A model generated the notes under the pieces. That model had not been told where the DNA came from and ran no database searches. It saw only the letters and a list, made by a program, of their open reading frames with translations. Positions 1 to 9,423 of a stretch of DNA of 54,382 bases are shown here, piece after piece. The stretch lies in IMG/VR virus record IMGVR_UViG_3300022555_001562; one strand, written 5' to 3'. This stretch comes from an uncultured virus (IMG/VR IMGVR_UViG_3300022555_001562) (taxonomy: Duplodnaviria; Heunggongvirae; Uroviricota; Caudoviricetes). A program made the translations under genes and the position numbers. How positions within the stretch are numbered: position 1 is the first letter of the stretch; each line of letters starts with the position of its first letter.

Positions 1-573
1 ATTAAGGAAACGTGTCTGGAGAAATATGGTAGTAATACTTTTTTTGCCTCGGATTATGCAAAGGAAAAAATTAAAAATACATGCATGGAACGATATGGAG
101 TGTCCTGTGTTTTATTGCTCCCCGAAATAAAAGAAAAATCGAAGCAAACCAACATTTTAAAGTATGGAGTTGCACACCCAATGCAAAATTCAATAATTAG
201 AAACAAAGTAATGTCGGCTATAAATAGAAAGTCGTATAAATTACAACAATATATGACCATTTTTAACGATAATATTGTATATCAATCTCTTCCGGAACTT
301 GCATTTATTAAGCTGTGCGAATCGAGGGGACTTCGAATTTTAAATGGACCGGTTTTACCGTATATTTTAGATGAAAAAAACAGAATGTATTATTCAGACT
401 TTTTAATTTCCGACACGAAAAGTCAGCGAATAGTAGAAATTAAAAGAAAGCATGAATGGTGGTTTTCCGGATTAAAATCGGGAGAAATTAAAGCAAAAAC
501 GAAATGCGCAATAAAATTCAGTAAAGAAAATGGATATTTGCCGTATAAAATCATTTTCGAAAATAAGATATGA
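1..573 (+). CDS. 5'-truncated free-standing endonuclease (KYG repeats + PD-(D/E)XK-like C-terminus), probable homing endonuclease
   Basis: Frame is open from base 1 (IKETCLEKYG...TCMERYG...LKYG). C-terminal YQSLPE...YYSDF...IVEIK. Overlaps the terminase ORF start (ATGA). Confidence 0.7.
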   Translation: MKETCLEKYGSNTFFASDYAKEKIKNTCMERYGVSCVLLLPEIKEKSKQTNILKYGVAHPMQNSIIRNKVMSAINRKSYKLQQYMTIFNDNIVYQSLPELAFIKLCESRGLRILNGPVLPYILDEKNRMYYSDFLISDTKSQRIVEIKRKHEWWFSGLKSGEIKAKTKCAIKFSKENGYLPYKIIFENKI

Positions 574-905
574 GCAATTTTAAAAAAATATCGGATTGGG
601 AAGTATTAACTCCAAATGGGTGGAGCGAGTTTAAAGGGGTTCAGGTTCGTCAAAAAGATTGTTATATTAAAATGGTATTTGATGATGGAACAATTTTAGA
701 ATGTTCGGAAAATCATAAAATTAAATTATTAAATGGTAAATTTGAATATGTTAAAAACATTGAACTTGGCACTTCGATTTTAGCATTAAATGGAAATAAA
801 ATTTTAGTATCTAAAGAGAAGATTGATGGGGAAATTGATTTATATGATTTGATAGAAGTGAAGAAAAACCGGGAATTTTATTCCAACGATATTTTATCAA
901 GTAAT
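570..905 (+). mobile_element. C-terminal half (112 aa) of a probable atypically split intein
   Basis: Starts at its own Met with no block-A Cys. Has ECSENH (block B) and LYDL (block F), and ends SSN|CAF. Confidence 0.8.
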
Positions 906-3900
906 TGTGCATTTATTGAAAAGGCGGAAGAGATTTGGGCGGCAGCCCAGCCCACACTATCTTGTTTAGATAAAAATACACTTATTTTATCCGACATGGG
1001 TTTAATTCGTTTGGAAACTTTTATTAATAGCTCAACTAAACTGGAATTTAATCCTGTAAATATAAAAACACATGATGGCGATAATATGGTTGATGTTTCT
1101 TCTTTTTATAAATCCGAAAAATCGGATTTATATGAAGTGGAATTTGAAAGTGGTGGCAAGATTGTTGGAACCGAGAATCATCCATTAATGACAAAAAGCG
1201 GGTGGAAAACTATTGGGGATTTAAACGAAAATGAGGATGCTGTTTTATGTAAATATTCTCAAAATGTTTTTGGTTCATCTATAGATTATACTAAATTCAA
1301 TCCCAATATTAGGAAGGATGCTATTGTTTATAAATTCTCCAATGAAGAAATTGCTTATTTGTGCGGGATTTGGACCGCTGAAGGTCACATTTGTAAAAAA
1401 ACAGTTGGGATTACTAACACAGATAAAGAAATAACCGATTGGTTAAAAGAAAAAGGATTTAAATGTTATGATGATAGACATTATTATTTAAGTTCGGGTT
1501 GGGTGGTTAATCTTTTAAAATGGATAGGATGTGAAGGAACGGCTCATACAAAACGAATTCCGGAACGAATTCTTGCGGCATCCCAAGAAGAACAAATTGC
1601 GTTTCTTCAAGGATTGTTTGATGGAGATGGTTGTTCATTAGGTTCCAAAGGAATTAAACTTACATCGGGTTCATATGAACTGCTTTCTAATGTGAGAGTT
1701 GTTCTATTGAATATGGGAATAAATTCTTATATACGAAATGCAGTATGGAAATCAACAAAATCCACGGTTATTAAAGATAAAACTAGAATTTTCAGTGGGT
1801 ATGAATTACATATTGGAGGTTTTGACGCCCATTCATTTTATTCTACAATTGGGTTTAGAATTAAAAGAAAACAACTTGGCTGGCAAAAGTTATCAAGAAA
1901 ATCTATTAAACGGATTTTTCCAGATAAGACAATCGTTAAAAACTTAATTCTTGAAAGTGGGATGTCGGTTAGAAAATTTTCAAAAAAACACAAGTGTTAT
2001 TATGATAGATATTTATGGTATGAAGGAAAGGGATTAAGCATTACATCTGTTGAAACTTTGTTAGATGTAATGAATGGATTAAATACTTCCGAAAATTATA
2101 AATTATTAAAACAGCAATATGACAAAGACATATCAGAATATTATGATAAAGTAGTTTCTATAAAATTCTTAAGAAATGATTATAGTTATGATTTAAGAGT
2201 TCCTTCAACCGAAAAGTTCCTTGCTAATGGTTATATAAACCATAATACTGGTGGTAAAGCTATTTTATTATCATGCGTAACAAAAGATACTATGGTGTTA
2301 TCTTCAAACGGAATCTCGGAGATGGAAGATTTTATTGATACTTCAAAAACAGGGGGGTATCAGAGAAATGATTATGGGATTCTAGGAGTTGATAAAATAA
2401 GATACAGTAATTTAATATATAACAATGGCATTCAAGATACTTTAAAAATTAAAACCAAATTTTCGGAATTAGAATGCACAAAAAATCATAAATTGTGGGC
2501 ATTTAAAAAAGACACAAATTCATTTGGATGGTATAAAAGTGAAGAATTGGGAATAGGAGATTTCCTTTCAATGCAGATTGGTATGAATATTTGGGGAGAT
2601 TATTGTAAATTAAACGGATTTAAACCATCCACTTCGAATAAAATTCATTCTCCTTTTTGTCCAACCGAAATAACTACAAACCTTGCATATTTGTTTGGTT
2701 TATATATTGCGGAAGGCAGTTCATACAAAGTAAAAAATAAATTGGGAGAAATGGTTGGAGGCTCAATAACTATAACATGTGGAGATGATATATCTTGGGT
2801 GTTTGAAACATTAGGATTATTTTATAACTGTTGGGATGGAATACATTATACTGTTTCGAACAAAAACCTACTGGAATTATTTGAGTATGTTGGGTTCGAT
2901 TTGTCTTTAAAAGCAATAAATAAAAAGATACCAAAAAATTTATTGAAAATGAGCCGTGAAAATATACGGTGGATGTTGAAAGGAATATTTGATGGCGATG
3001 GGGGTGGAACAAAGAATATCGTTCAATTAACGTCTACGTCCAAAGAATTAATAAAACAAATTAGGTTTATTTTAATGAATTTTGGAATATTATCCGGAGT
3101 GTGTAATCATTCCAAAGAAAAAATGAACTCTTATCGGGGAAAGATAAAGCATAATAATGGTGCATTGGTTTTAGAAATGAATGGAAGAAATGCTTTAAAA
3201 TTTTACAATGAGATAGGATTTAATCTAGAACGGAAACAAAAAAATAAATATAAATTATCTTTATCCAATTTAAAAAGAGCATGTAGTCACGATGTCGTTC
3301 CAAATACTTTATCTTTAATTAAATTATTAATCGATAAAACGTCACTTAATGGAAAAGAACTTTATGAAAAAACGGGATTATTTTTAAATGGATATTTGAA
3401 TAAAAAAACTCCTTATAAAACATCGCACCTTTCACGTCAAGACGTCCTGTTTTTGTATTCGCTTTTTGGGAATTTCCTTTCTGATGTAGAACAAACCAAT
3501 TGGAATAGAATATTAAAAGAGAATATCGTATGGTGTGAAATTAAAAATATAGAGTCTTCAAAAAACGAAACTTTCGATTTCTCACTACCACAAAACGATG
3601 AGGATTTTTGGTGTCATTCAGTTATTTATAATGGATTTATTGGTCACCAAACTCCGAATGGCGTGGGTAATTTCTTCCATAAAATGTGGGTTCAAGCTGA
3701 AGAAAATAGAAGTAAATTCTTCCCGATTAAACTTCCATGGCATTTGCATCCGGAACGAGATAAAAATTGGCGAGATGAACAGGATAGAGTTAGTGAAAAT
3801 TTAAAAAAGACCGCACAGGAATTGGATTGTGATTTTCTGAGTTCTGGAGCGACAGTTATTGATTTGGTTCTGTTGGCATGGTTTAAACAGACCTATATGA

Positions 3901-4706
3901 AAGATCCGGTGGAGAAACGTGGAATTGATCAAAATTATTGGATTTGGCAATATCCATCTTACACTACGGATACTAGCTATGCAGTAGCCGCAGATGTGGC
4001 AAGGGGCGACGGAGAAGATTTTTCATCATTTCATGTTTTAAATGTCAAAACAATGGAACAATGTGCTGAATATAAAGGACATATTTCAACTAAAGATTTT
4101 GGAAATATGTTGGTTTCGGTGGCAACCGATTATAATAATGCTTTACTTATTGTAGAACGAGAAGGTCCGGGATGGGCAACTTTACAGCAAATTATTGATA
4201 GATCATATCCCAATACCTTTTATGGATCTTCGGATTTAAAATATGTAGACGTAGAACAACAAATGACCAATAAATATTATACTGAAGACAAGAAATTAGT
4301 GCCGGGATTTGCGACTACCCTTCGAACTCGTCCGACCATTATTTCAAATCTCTGTCAATATTTTGTGGATAAATCCATTACAATATATTCCAAAAGAACT
4401 TATTCTGAATTAGAAGTATTTATTTGGGAAAATCATAAGCCGCAAGCGGCTAGAGGGTATAATGATGATTTAGTTATGGCGCTGGCGATTGGAATCTGGG
4501 TAAGGGATACTGCGCTTAGACTTCAAATGGAACGAACTAATCTTACTAGAGCAACATTAGATCAAATCGTAGTTAAAAAAACATCCGAAACCCCGATGTA
4601 CAAAATAGGCCCACAGCGAGCAAAAGATACATGGTCAATGCCAGTGGGACCAACTAAATCTCCATGGGGCTCAAAAAACGAGTCCCTGACGTGGCTTTTA
4701 GATTAA
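570..4706 (+). CDS. terL: Terminase large subunit (T4 gp17-like), C-terminal part, carrying three intein segments
   Basis: Removing the inteins gives CAFIEKAEEIWAAAQPTLS-TGGKAILLS-TPNGVGNFFHKMW. Nuclease motifs ADVARGDGEDFS and GYNDDLVMALAI. Walker A and the Walker B DE are absent from the window. Confidence 0.95.
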   Translation: MSNFKKISDWEVLTPNGWSEFKGVQVRQKDCYIKMVFDDGTILECSENHKIKLLNGKFEYVKNIELGTSILALNGNKILVSKEKIDGEIDLYDLIEVKKNREFYSNDILSSNCAFIEKAEEIWAAAQPTLSCLDKNTLILSDMGLIRLETFINSSTKLEFNPVNIKTHDGDNMVDVSSFYKSEKSDLYEVEFESGGKIVGTENHPLMTKSGWKTIGDLNENEDAVLCKYSQNVFGSSIDYTKFNPNIRKDAIVYKFSNEEIAYLCGIWTAEGHICKKTVGITNTDKEITDWLKEKGFKCYDDRHYYLSSGWVVNLLKWIGCEGTAHTKRIPERILAASQEEQIAFLQGLFDGDGCSLGSKGIKLTSGSYELLSNVRVVLLNMGINSYIRNAVWKSTKSTVIKDKTRIFSGYELHIGGFDAHSFYSTIGFRIKRKQLGWQKLSRKSIKRIFPDKTIVKNLILESGMSVRKFSKKHKCYYDRYLWYEGKGLSITSVETLLDVMNGLNTSENYKLLKQQYDKDISEYYDKVVSIKFLRNDYSYDLRVPSTEKFLANGYINHNTGGKAILLSCVTKDTMVLSSNGISEMEDFIDTSKTGGYQRNDYGILGVDKIRYSNLIYNNGIQDTLKIKTKFSELECTKNHKLWAFKKDTNSFGWYKSEELGIGDFLSMQIGMNIWGDYCKLNGFKPSTSNKIHSPFCPTEITTNLAYLFGLYIAEGSSYKVKNKLGEMVGGSITITCGDDISWVFETLGLFYNCWDGIHYTVSNKNLLELFEYVGFDLSLKAINKKIPKNLLKMSRENIRWMLKGIFDGDGGGTKNIVQLTSTSKELIKQIRFILMNFGILSGVCNHSKEKMNSYRGKIKHNNGALVLEMNGRNALKFYNEIGFNLERKQKNKYKLSLSNLKRACSHDVVPNTLSLIKLLIDKTSLNGKELYEKTGLFLNGYLNKKTPYKTSHLSRQDVLFLYSLFGNFLSDVEQTNWNRILKENIVWCEIKNIESSKNETFDFSLPQNDEDFWCHSVIYNGFIGHQTPNGVGNFFHKMWVQAEENRSKFFPIKLPWHLHPERDKNWRDEQDRVSENLKKTAQELDCDFLSSGATVIDLVLLAWFKQTYMKDPVEKRGIDQNYWIWQYPSYTTDTSYAVAADVARGDGEDFSSFHVLNVKTMEQCAEYKGHISTKDFGNMLVSVATDYNNALLIVEREGPGWATLQQIIDRSYPNTFYGSSDLKYVDVEQQMTNKYYTEDKKLVPGFATTLRTRPTIISNLCQYFVDKSITIYSKRTYSELEVFIWENHKPQAARGYNDDLVMALAIGIWVRDTALRLQMERTNLTRATLDQIVVKKTSETPMYKIGPQRAKDTWSMPVGPTKSPWGSKNESLTWLLD
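963..2246 (+). mobile_element. Intein with LAGLIDADG endonuclease in terminase (428 aa)
   Basis: TLS|CLDKNT...GTENHP...LCGIWTAEG...FLQGLFDGDG...INHN|TGG. Confidence 0.93.
2274..3650 (+). mobile_element. Intein with LAGLIDADG endonuclease in terminase (459 aa, ends in Gln)
   Basis: LLS|CVTKDT...CTKNHK...LFGLYIAEG...MLKGIFDGDG...IGHQ|TPNG. Confidence 0.93.
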
Positions 4707-4756
4707 ATTCGCTATTTATACACAAGAAATATACACAGACAAAGAAATACAAATAT

Positions 4757-7723
4757 ATGGGAGAGCCAATTAAACAATTTGAAGATGATGTGGTAGATAT
4801 AAAGAAACAGTCTCTTTATGCTAGATTAAAACGACTATTTTCTACGGACGTAATTGTTCGTAATGTCGGCGGTAAGCAAATTAAGATTAAAGATACTGAT
4901 AACATCATGTATGCAACGGATCGCAATTCGTTGCGAGATAGATTTAATCGAATTCGAGCCACTTCGTATAATGCTTACTCAAGAGATTTTGCCCTGTCTT
5001 ATCAGGCCGCAAGAATGGATTTATTTCGAGATTATGATTGTGTCGGACCCGATACCATTATCCCATTGCCCGATGGTTCTCGTCCAACAATAAAAGAATT
5101 AACAGAAAAATATAAAGATAACCCACAGGAACGTTTCTTTGTATTTTCATATGACCACGGAGGCGACTCGATTAAATTAGGAAAAGCATATCACCCAAGA
5201 ATGAAAGGTCCACGTATTGGATTTAAAGTAACATTGGATAATGGTCAATATGTAATTGGAAGTATTAAACATCCGTTCCTAATGCGAAATGGTGAATATA
5301 AAACAATCTTTGATTTGAAAGTCGGTGAGTCAGTAATGCCATTTAATATAAATGATGATAGAATTTATAAATGTGTAAATGAGACCGAAATCGGGATGTT
5401 TTTCGTGATGTCAGCGGCATTAGAGGGAAATTATAATGTATCTCCTAAAATTGCATCCATTGAATGTATTGGAGAAATAGAAGTATATGATATGACCGTG
5501 GAAGAATATCATAATTTCGCTACTGATAGTTGTTTTGTATCAAACACAATGGATCAAGATCCCATCCTGGCATCATGTTTGGATATCGTGGCAGATGAGT
5601 GCCTTACTCTCAACGAATTAAAGGAAGTAATTGTTATTCATTCTAAAAACAACAATGTTAAGAAGATTCTTCATAATTTATATTATGATATTTTGAATAT
5701 TGAAGGTAACATGTGGTCATGGACTAGAAATTTATGTAAATACGGGGATTTCTTTTTAAAATTATATATTACTCCGGAATACGGTATTTACATGGTGGAG
5801 CCAATTTCTCCGTATAATGTTGAACGTATTGAAAATTGTGATCCCTACAACAAACGATATGTTAAGTTTCAACTTCGTCCTACGGATACTTCACAAGCCG
5901 AGATAGTAGAGAATTATGAAATGGCACATTTTCGATTATTATCGGATAGCAATTTTCTTCCATATGGAAAGAGTTATATAGAAGGCGCAAGGCGAGTGTG
6001 GAAACAGCTTTCGTTGCTCGAAGATGCCATGTTAATTCATCGTGTTATGCGGGCACCAGAACGCCGGATTTTTAAAATTGACGTGGGAAATATTCCTCCT
6101 AATGAGGTTGATTCTTATATGGAGAAATTAATATCCAAAGTACAGAAAGTTCCTTATATGGATGAACGAACCGGAGACTATAATCTTCGGTTTAATTTAC
6201 AGAATATGGTACAAGATTTTTATTTGCCGGTTCGGGGTGGAGACAGTGGAACCGCAATCGAATCTCTTCCCGGCATGGAATGGACAGGTATTGAGGATCT
6301 AGATTACGTTAAAAACAAAATGATGGCGGCTTTGAAAATTCCCAAGGCATTTTTAGGGTACGATGAGTCAATATCAGGGAAAAGTACTTTAGCTTGTATT
6401 GTTCCGGAAACAAAAATACCATTATTAAATGAGAAAATTAGTACTGTAGAAGAATTAATTAAAGATTATGATGCTGGTATTAAAAACTACGTGTATGCTT
6501 TTGATGAAGCAACTAAAAATATTGTTCCCGGCGAGATAGAATGGGCGGGATTTACTAGAATGAACACTGATATAGTTAGAGTTCACCTTGATAATAGTAA
6601 ATATATTGATTGCACACCGGATCATCGCTTTATGTTAAGAGATGGGACATGGGTAGAAGCGCAAACCTTAACCCAAGGACAATCATTGATGTCATTATGT
6701 TTATCAGAAAATATAGAAAACCATAAAGTAGTAAGAGTAGAGATATTGTCAGAAAAAAGAGATACTTGTGACATAACAATAAAAAAACATCATAATTTTG
6801 CAACATTGGCCGGAGTTATTATTCATAACTCGGAAGATGTTCGTTTTGCGAGAACGATACAACGACTTCAACGTATTTTAACTTCCGAGTTAAGTAAAAT
6901 TGCCATTGTTCATTTGTATGCACAAGGGTATAGGGATGAAGCATTAGTAGATTTTGAGCTTGAACTTACCAATCCAAGTACAATATTTGAGCGGGAGAAG
7001 GTTGAAATTTGGTCCGACAAAGTTGCAGTTGCAACTGATATGATGGAATCTAAACTATATTCTAAAGATTGGATTTATAAGAATATTTTCAATATGTCAG
7101 ACGACGATAAGACTGTAGTTGAAGATCAGATTATTGAAGATACTAAACAGAAATATCGCCTTACATCAATTGAAGAAGAAGGTAATGATCCGGCTAAACC
7201 TGCTCAAAAAATAGGGGCGGATGAACAAGATGGGGGAGGCGAAAGTGGAGGAGGTTCAGAGGGCGGATCGGATTTAGAAAGTTTAGGAGGCGGGCCTGAA
7301 GGCGGGGAGGGCGAAGGAGGAGGTGAACCTGGAGGCGGAGAGGGTGGAGGAGGTGAACTTGGCGGCGGGGCTCCTGGTGGGTTAAAAGAAGAAAAGGTTC
7401 AAGATCGAAGTGATAGAGATCAAAGCGATAGGGATCAAACTGGGTTAAAACATTCGGAGGATTATCCCTTTGGAGAGGATTATGATGGCAGATTAGGGAT
7501 GAAGTCCAAACCAGGTTCGGATCGTAGAATTCAATATAAACCACGGGATGTTCAATTCGAGGGGGTTCGTATAAAACCAACAATCGATAAAGGAGTCTTA
7601 AGCAATTTAAAGGCGTTTTTAGAAAAACCACTATTGCAAGAGCAAATCGAACTAAGGGAAGAAACCGAAAAAACCGGTAAAAGAAAAACTTTACTCGATG
7701 AAGGTAATATTCGAGATGAGTAA
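4757..7723 (+). CDS. gp20: Portal protein (T4 gp20-like) with two mini-inteins and a Gly/Glu-rich C-terminal tail
   Basis: Motifs LEDAMLIHRVMRAPERRIFKIDVGN, DFYLPVRGG and ALKIPKAFLG. ATG 4757 is preferred over 4664 because it follows a TATTTATA motif and avoids overlapping terL. Confidence 0.95.
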   Translation: MGEPIKQFEDDVVDIKKQSLYARLKRLFSTDVIVRNVGGKQIKIKDTDNIMYATDRNSLRDRFNRIRATSYNAYSRDFALSYQAARMDLFRDYDCVGPDTIIPLPDGSRPTIKELTEKYKDNPQERFFVFSYDHGGDSIKLGKAYHPRMKGPRIGFKVTLDNGQYVIGSIKHPFLMRNGEYKTIFDLKVGESVMPFNINDDRIYKCVNETEIGMFFVMSAALEGNYNVSPKIASIECIGEIEVYDMTVEEYHNFATDSCFVSNTMDQDPILASCLDIVADECLTLNELKEVIVIHSKNNNVKKILHNLYYDILNIEGNMWSWTRNLCKYGDFFLKLYITPEYGIYMVEPISPYNVERIENCDPYNKRYVKFQLRPTDTSQAEIVENYEMAHFRLLSDSNFLPYGKSYIEGARRVWKQLSLLEDAMLIHRVMRAPERRIFKIDVGNIPPNEVDSYMEKLISKVQKVPYMDERTGDYNLRFNLQNMVQDFYLPVRGGDSGTAIESLPGMEWTGIEDLDYVKNKMMAALKIPKAFLGYDESISGKSTLACIVPETKIPLLNEKISTVEELIKDYDAGIKNYVYAFDEATKNIVPGEIEWAGFTRMNTDIVRVHLDNSKYIDCTPDHRFMLRDGTWVEAQTLTQGQSLMSLCLSENIENHKVVRVEILSEKRDTCDITIKKHHNFATLAGVIIHNSEDVRFARTIQRLQRILTSELSKIAIVHLYAQGYRDEALVDFELELTNPSTIFEREKVEIWSDKVAVATDMMESKLYSKDWIYKNIFNMSDDDKTVVEDQIIEDTKQKYRLTSIEEEGNDPAKPAQKIGADEQDGGGESGGGSEGGSDLESLGGGPEGGEGEGGGEPGGGEGGGGELGGGAPGGLKEEKVQDRSDRDQSDRDQTGLKHSEDYPFGEDYDGRLGMKSKPGSDRRIQYKPRDVQFEGVRIKPTIDKGVLSNLKAFLEKPLLQEQIELREETEKTGKRKTLLDEGNIRDE
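5039..5545 (+). mobile_element. Mini-intein 1 in portal (169 aa)
   Basis: DYD|CVGPDT...GSIKHP...VYDMTVEEYHNF...FVSN|TMD; no endonuclease motifs. Confidence 0.9.
6395..6829 (+). mobile_element. Mini-intein 2 in portal (145 aa)
   Basis: TLA|CIVPET...CTPDHRF...IIHN|SEDVRF. Confidence 0.92.
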
Positions 7724-7734
7724 TCAAAGTTATA

Positions 7735-7772
7735 ATAAATATACTCTTTTCAATGAGAAAGAGTATATTTAT
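7735..7772. repeat. 15-bp perfect inverted repeat overlapping a TATTTATA motif
   Basis: ataaatatactcttt (7735-7749) pairs with aaagagtatatttat (7758-7772). Confidence 0.8.
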
Positions 7773-7792
7773 AATTAAGTCAAAATACTACT

Positions 7793-8698
7793 ATGCAGAT
7801 CCAGAAGAAAAAGCGGCATTCTAAGTTTAAAAATACTGGCATTCTCTTTGAACTATTGACACAGCAGTTAACCGCCGATATTGTCGGCGGTAAATCTGAG
7901 TCTAATGCAAAGAATTTGTTATTCAAGTATTTTAAAGAAAACACAGAATTAAGTCAAGAATGGAAGCTATATAGCACTCTTTTGACGCATAAACTCAAAA
8001 ATGAGGCACAGGCAGAACGAATGCTTAGTATTATCCTAGAAGCTCGAAAGAAACTTAGTAATAAAAAATTAAACCAAGAAAAATACGAATTAATAAAAGA
8101 AATAAAAGAAACCTATCCTTTGGATGACTTACTTAAAGCGCCGGTTCGAAATTATCGCATATTAGCATCCATTTATAAAATCTTCGAAGATAATATTTCC
8201 CGAAATATTAAATTCAATATCAATGAAGTATTTCAAGCTAAAACCTGTATAATAGAACATGTCATCGATAAACCAAAATCGATAATTAAAGAAACCGAAG
8301 ATGAACAACTTCTTAATACGTATAAACAACAATCTTCGGAAACTCGTCTTCTTGCATATGAATTTTTACTTGAAAAACTTAATGCAAAATACCATACTTT
8401 ATTGGACGATGACCAAAAAACAGTTTTACGTGAATATATTTATAATATAGCTAATACTAATTCTCTGGGAAATTTCATTAAAATCAAGGGGATAGAAGTA
8501 AAAACACAGTTGACTGAAATTGTTAAAAAGATTGAAGATAATGTTGCCCGAATTAAAGTAAATGAAGTAATTCATCAATTAAATAAAATAAGTCCGGAAT
8601 CTTCTAAAGTGCGTGATAGTCAGATTATGGTACTGCTTTTATCCTATGAACTTTTAAAAGAAGTTCGCAAACAATTGGGAATAACTTTACATGGATAA
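7793..8698 (+). CDS. Hypothetical helical protein of the head module
   Basis: 301-aa ORF between portal and protease, starting KHSKFKNTGILFELL. Confidence 0.7.
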   Translation: MQIQKKKRHSKFKNTGILFELLTQQLTADIVGGKSESNAKNLLFKYFKENTELSQEWKLYSTLLTHKLKNEAQAERMLSIILEARKKLSNKKLNQEKYELIKEIKETYPLDDLLKAPVRNYRILASIYKIFEDNISRNIKFNINEVFQAKTCIIEHVIDKPKSIIKETEDEQLLNTYKQQSSETRLLAYEFLLEKLNAKYHTLLDDDQKTVLREYIYNIANTNSLGNFIKIKGIEVKTQLTEIVKKIEDNVARIKVNEVIHQLNKISPESSKVRDSQIMVLLLSYELLKEVRKQLGITLHG

Positions 8699-9029
8699 AA
8701 TAAAATTTCAAAGTTTAGTTCGGGAATGTATTAATGAATATTCTTCCCCAAAAGAGACAATTACTAAAACAGAGCTTAAAACGGTCATCAAAGAAACTAT
8801 TCGAACCATTTTAAATGAAATGGCAAATAAAGCGGAGGAAGAGGAAATTTTAGATGAAATGACTACAACGTCGGCGGTTGGTCCTATCAGTCTTCCCGGT
8901 AATGTCAGAGGAGGATGGGTATCGGGTAGAGGCGGCAGTCATCGAGGAGTAGCCGGATCTGCTGCTCTTGGATATGAACTTACCTCGATTGGTAAGAAAG
9001 ATATGAAACGTAAACAAGACCCGGTGTAA
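8691..9029 (+). CDS. Hypothetical protein, possible internal head protein
   Basis: 112 aa with LVRE/LNE/LDE motifs. Confidence 0.6.
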   Translation: MDKIKFQSLVRECINEYSSPKETITKTELKTVIKETIRTILNEMANKAEEEEILDEMTTTSAVGPISLPGNVRGGWVSGRGGSHRGVAGSAALGYELTSIGKKDMKRKQDPV

Positions 9030-9034
9030 ATTAT

Positions 9035-9349
9035 ATGAAGAAAAAATTATTTGAAAGTTTAGGTGGTAATCAATTTAAAATAGCATCGCCACAACCAATG
9101 GGAATGATGGATGAGGTTTCCAGTGAACCCGCCACAGTTTCTTTAATCCGAGAAATAAGCAAGCTTTCCGGAGATGTAGCAAAATTACAGGAATTGCTCG
9201 AAGCCAGACAGCATACTGCGCCTCTAGCAGATAATTTCATTCAGTATTATATTGGAGAAATAACAAAGATAGATAAATTGATTTTGAAGGCTATCAATGA
9301 TGTCGATGACCAGAAATCTACAAATGATGATTCGCTGCCGCCCGTCTAA
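9035..9349 (+). CDS. Hypothetical protein
   Basis: 104-aa ORF in operon context. Confidence 0.6.
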   Translation: MKKKLFESLGGNQFKIASPQPMGMMDEVSSEPATVSLIREISKLSGDVAKLQELLEARQHTAPLADNFIQYYIGEITKIDKLILKAINDVDDQKSTNDDSLPPV

Positions 9350-9423
9350 TTGATGACAAAAATAAAAAGTAGATTTTAAAATAAAACTTAGTCGCATAAT
9401 TGAACAGCAGAACAGTCAACCGT

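Noticed and set aside
7194..7727. Antisense and alternate-frame ORFs (e.g. 7194-7727, 28103-28507, 30116-30607, 53017-53268)
   Set aside because: They are shadows of well-supported genes, favoured by GC-rich or repeat codons, with no motifs of their own.
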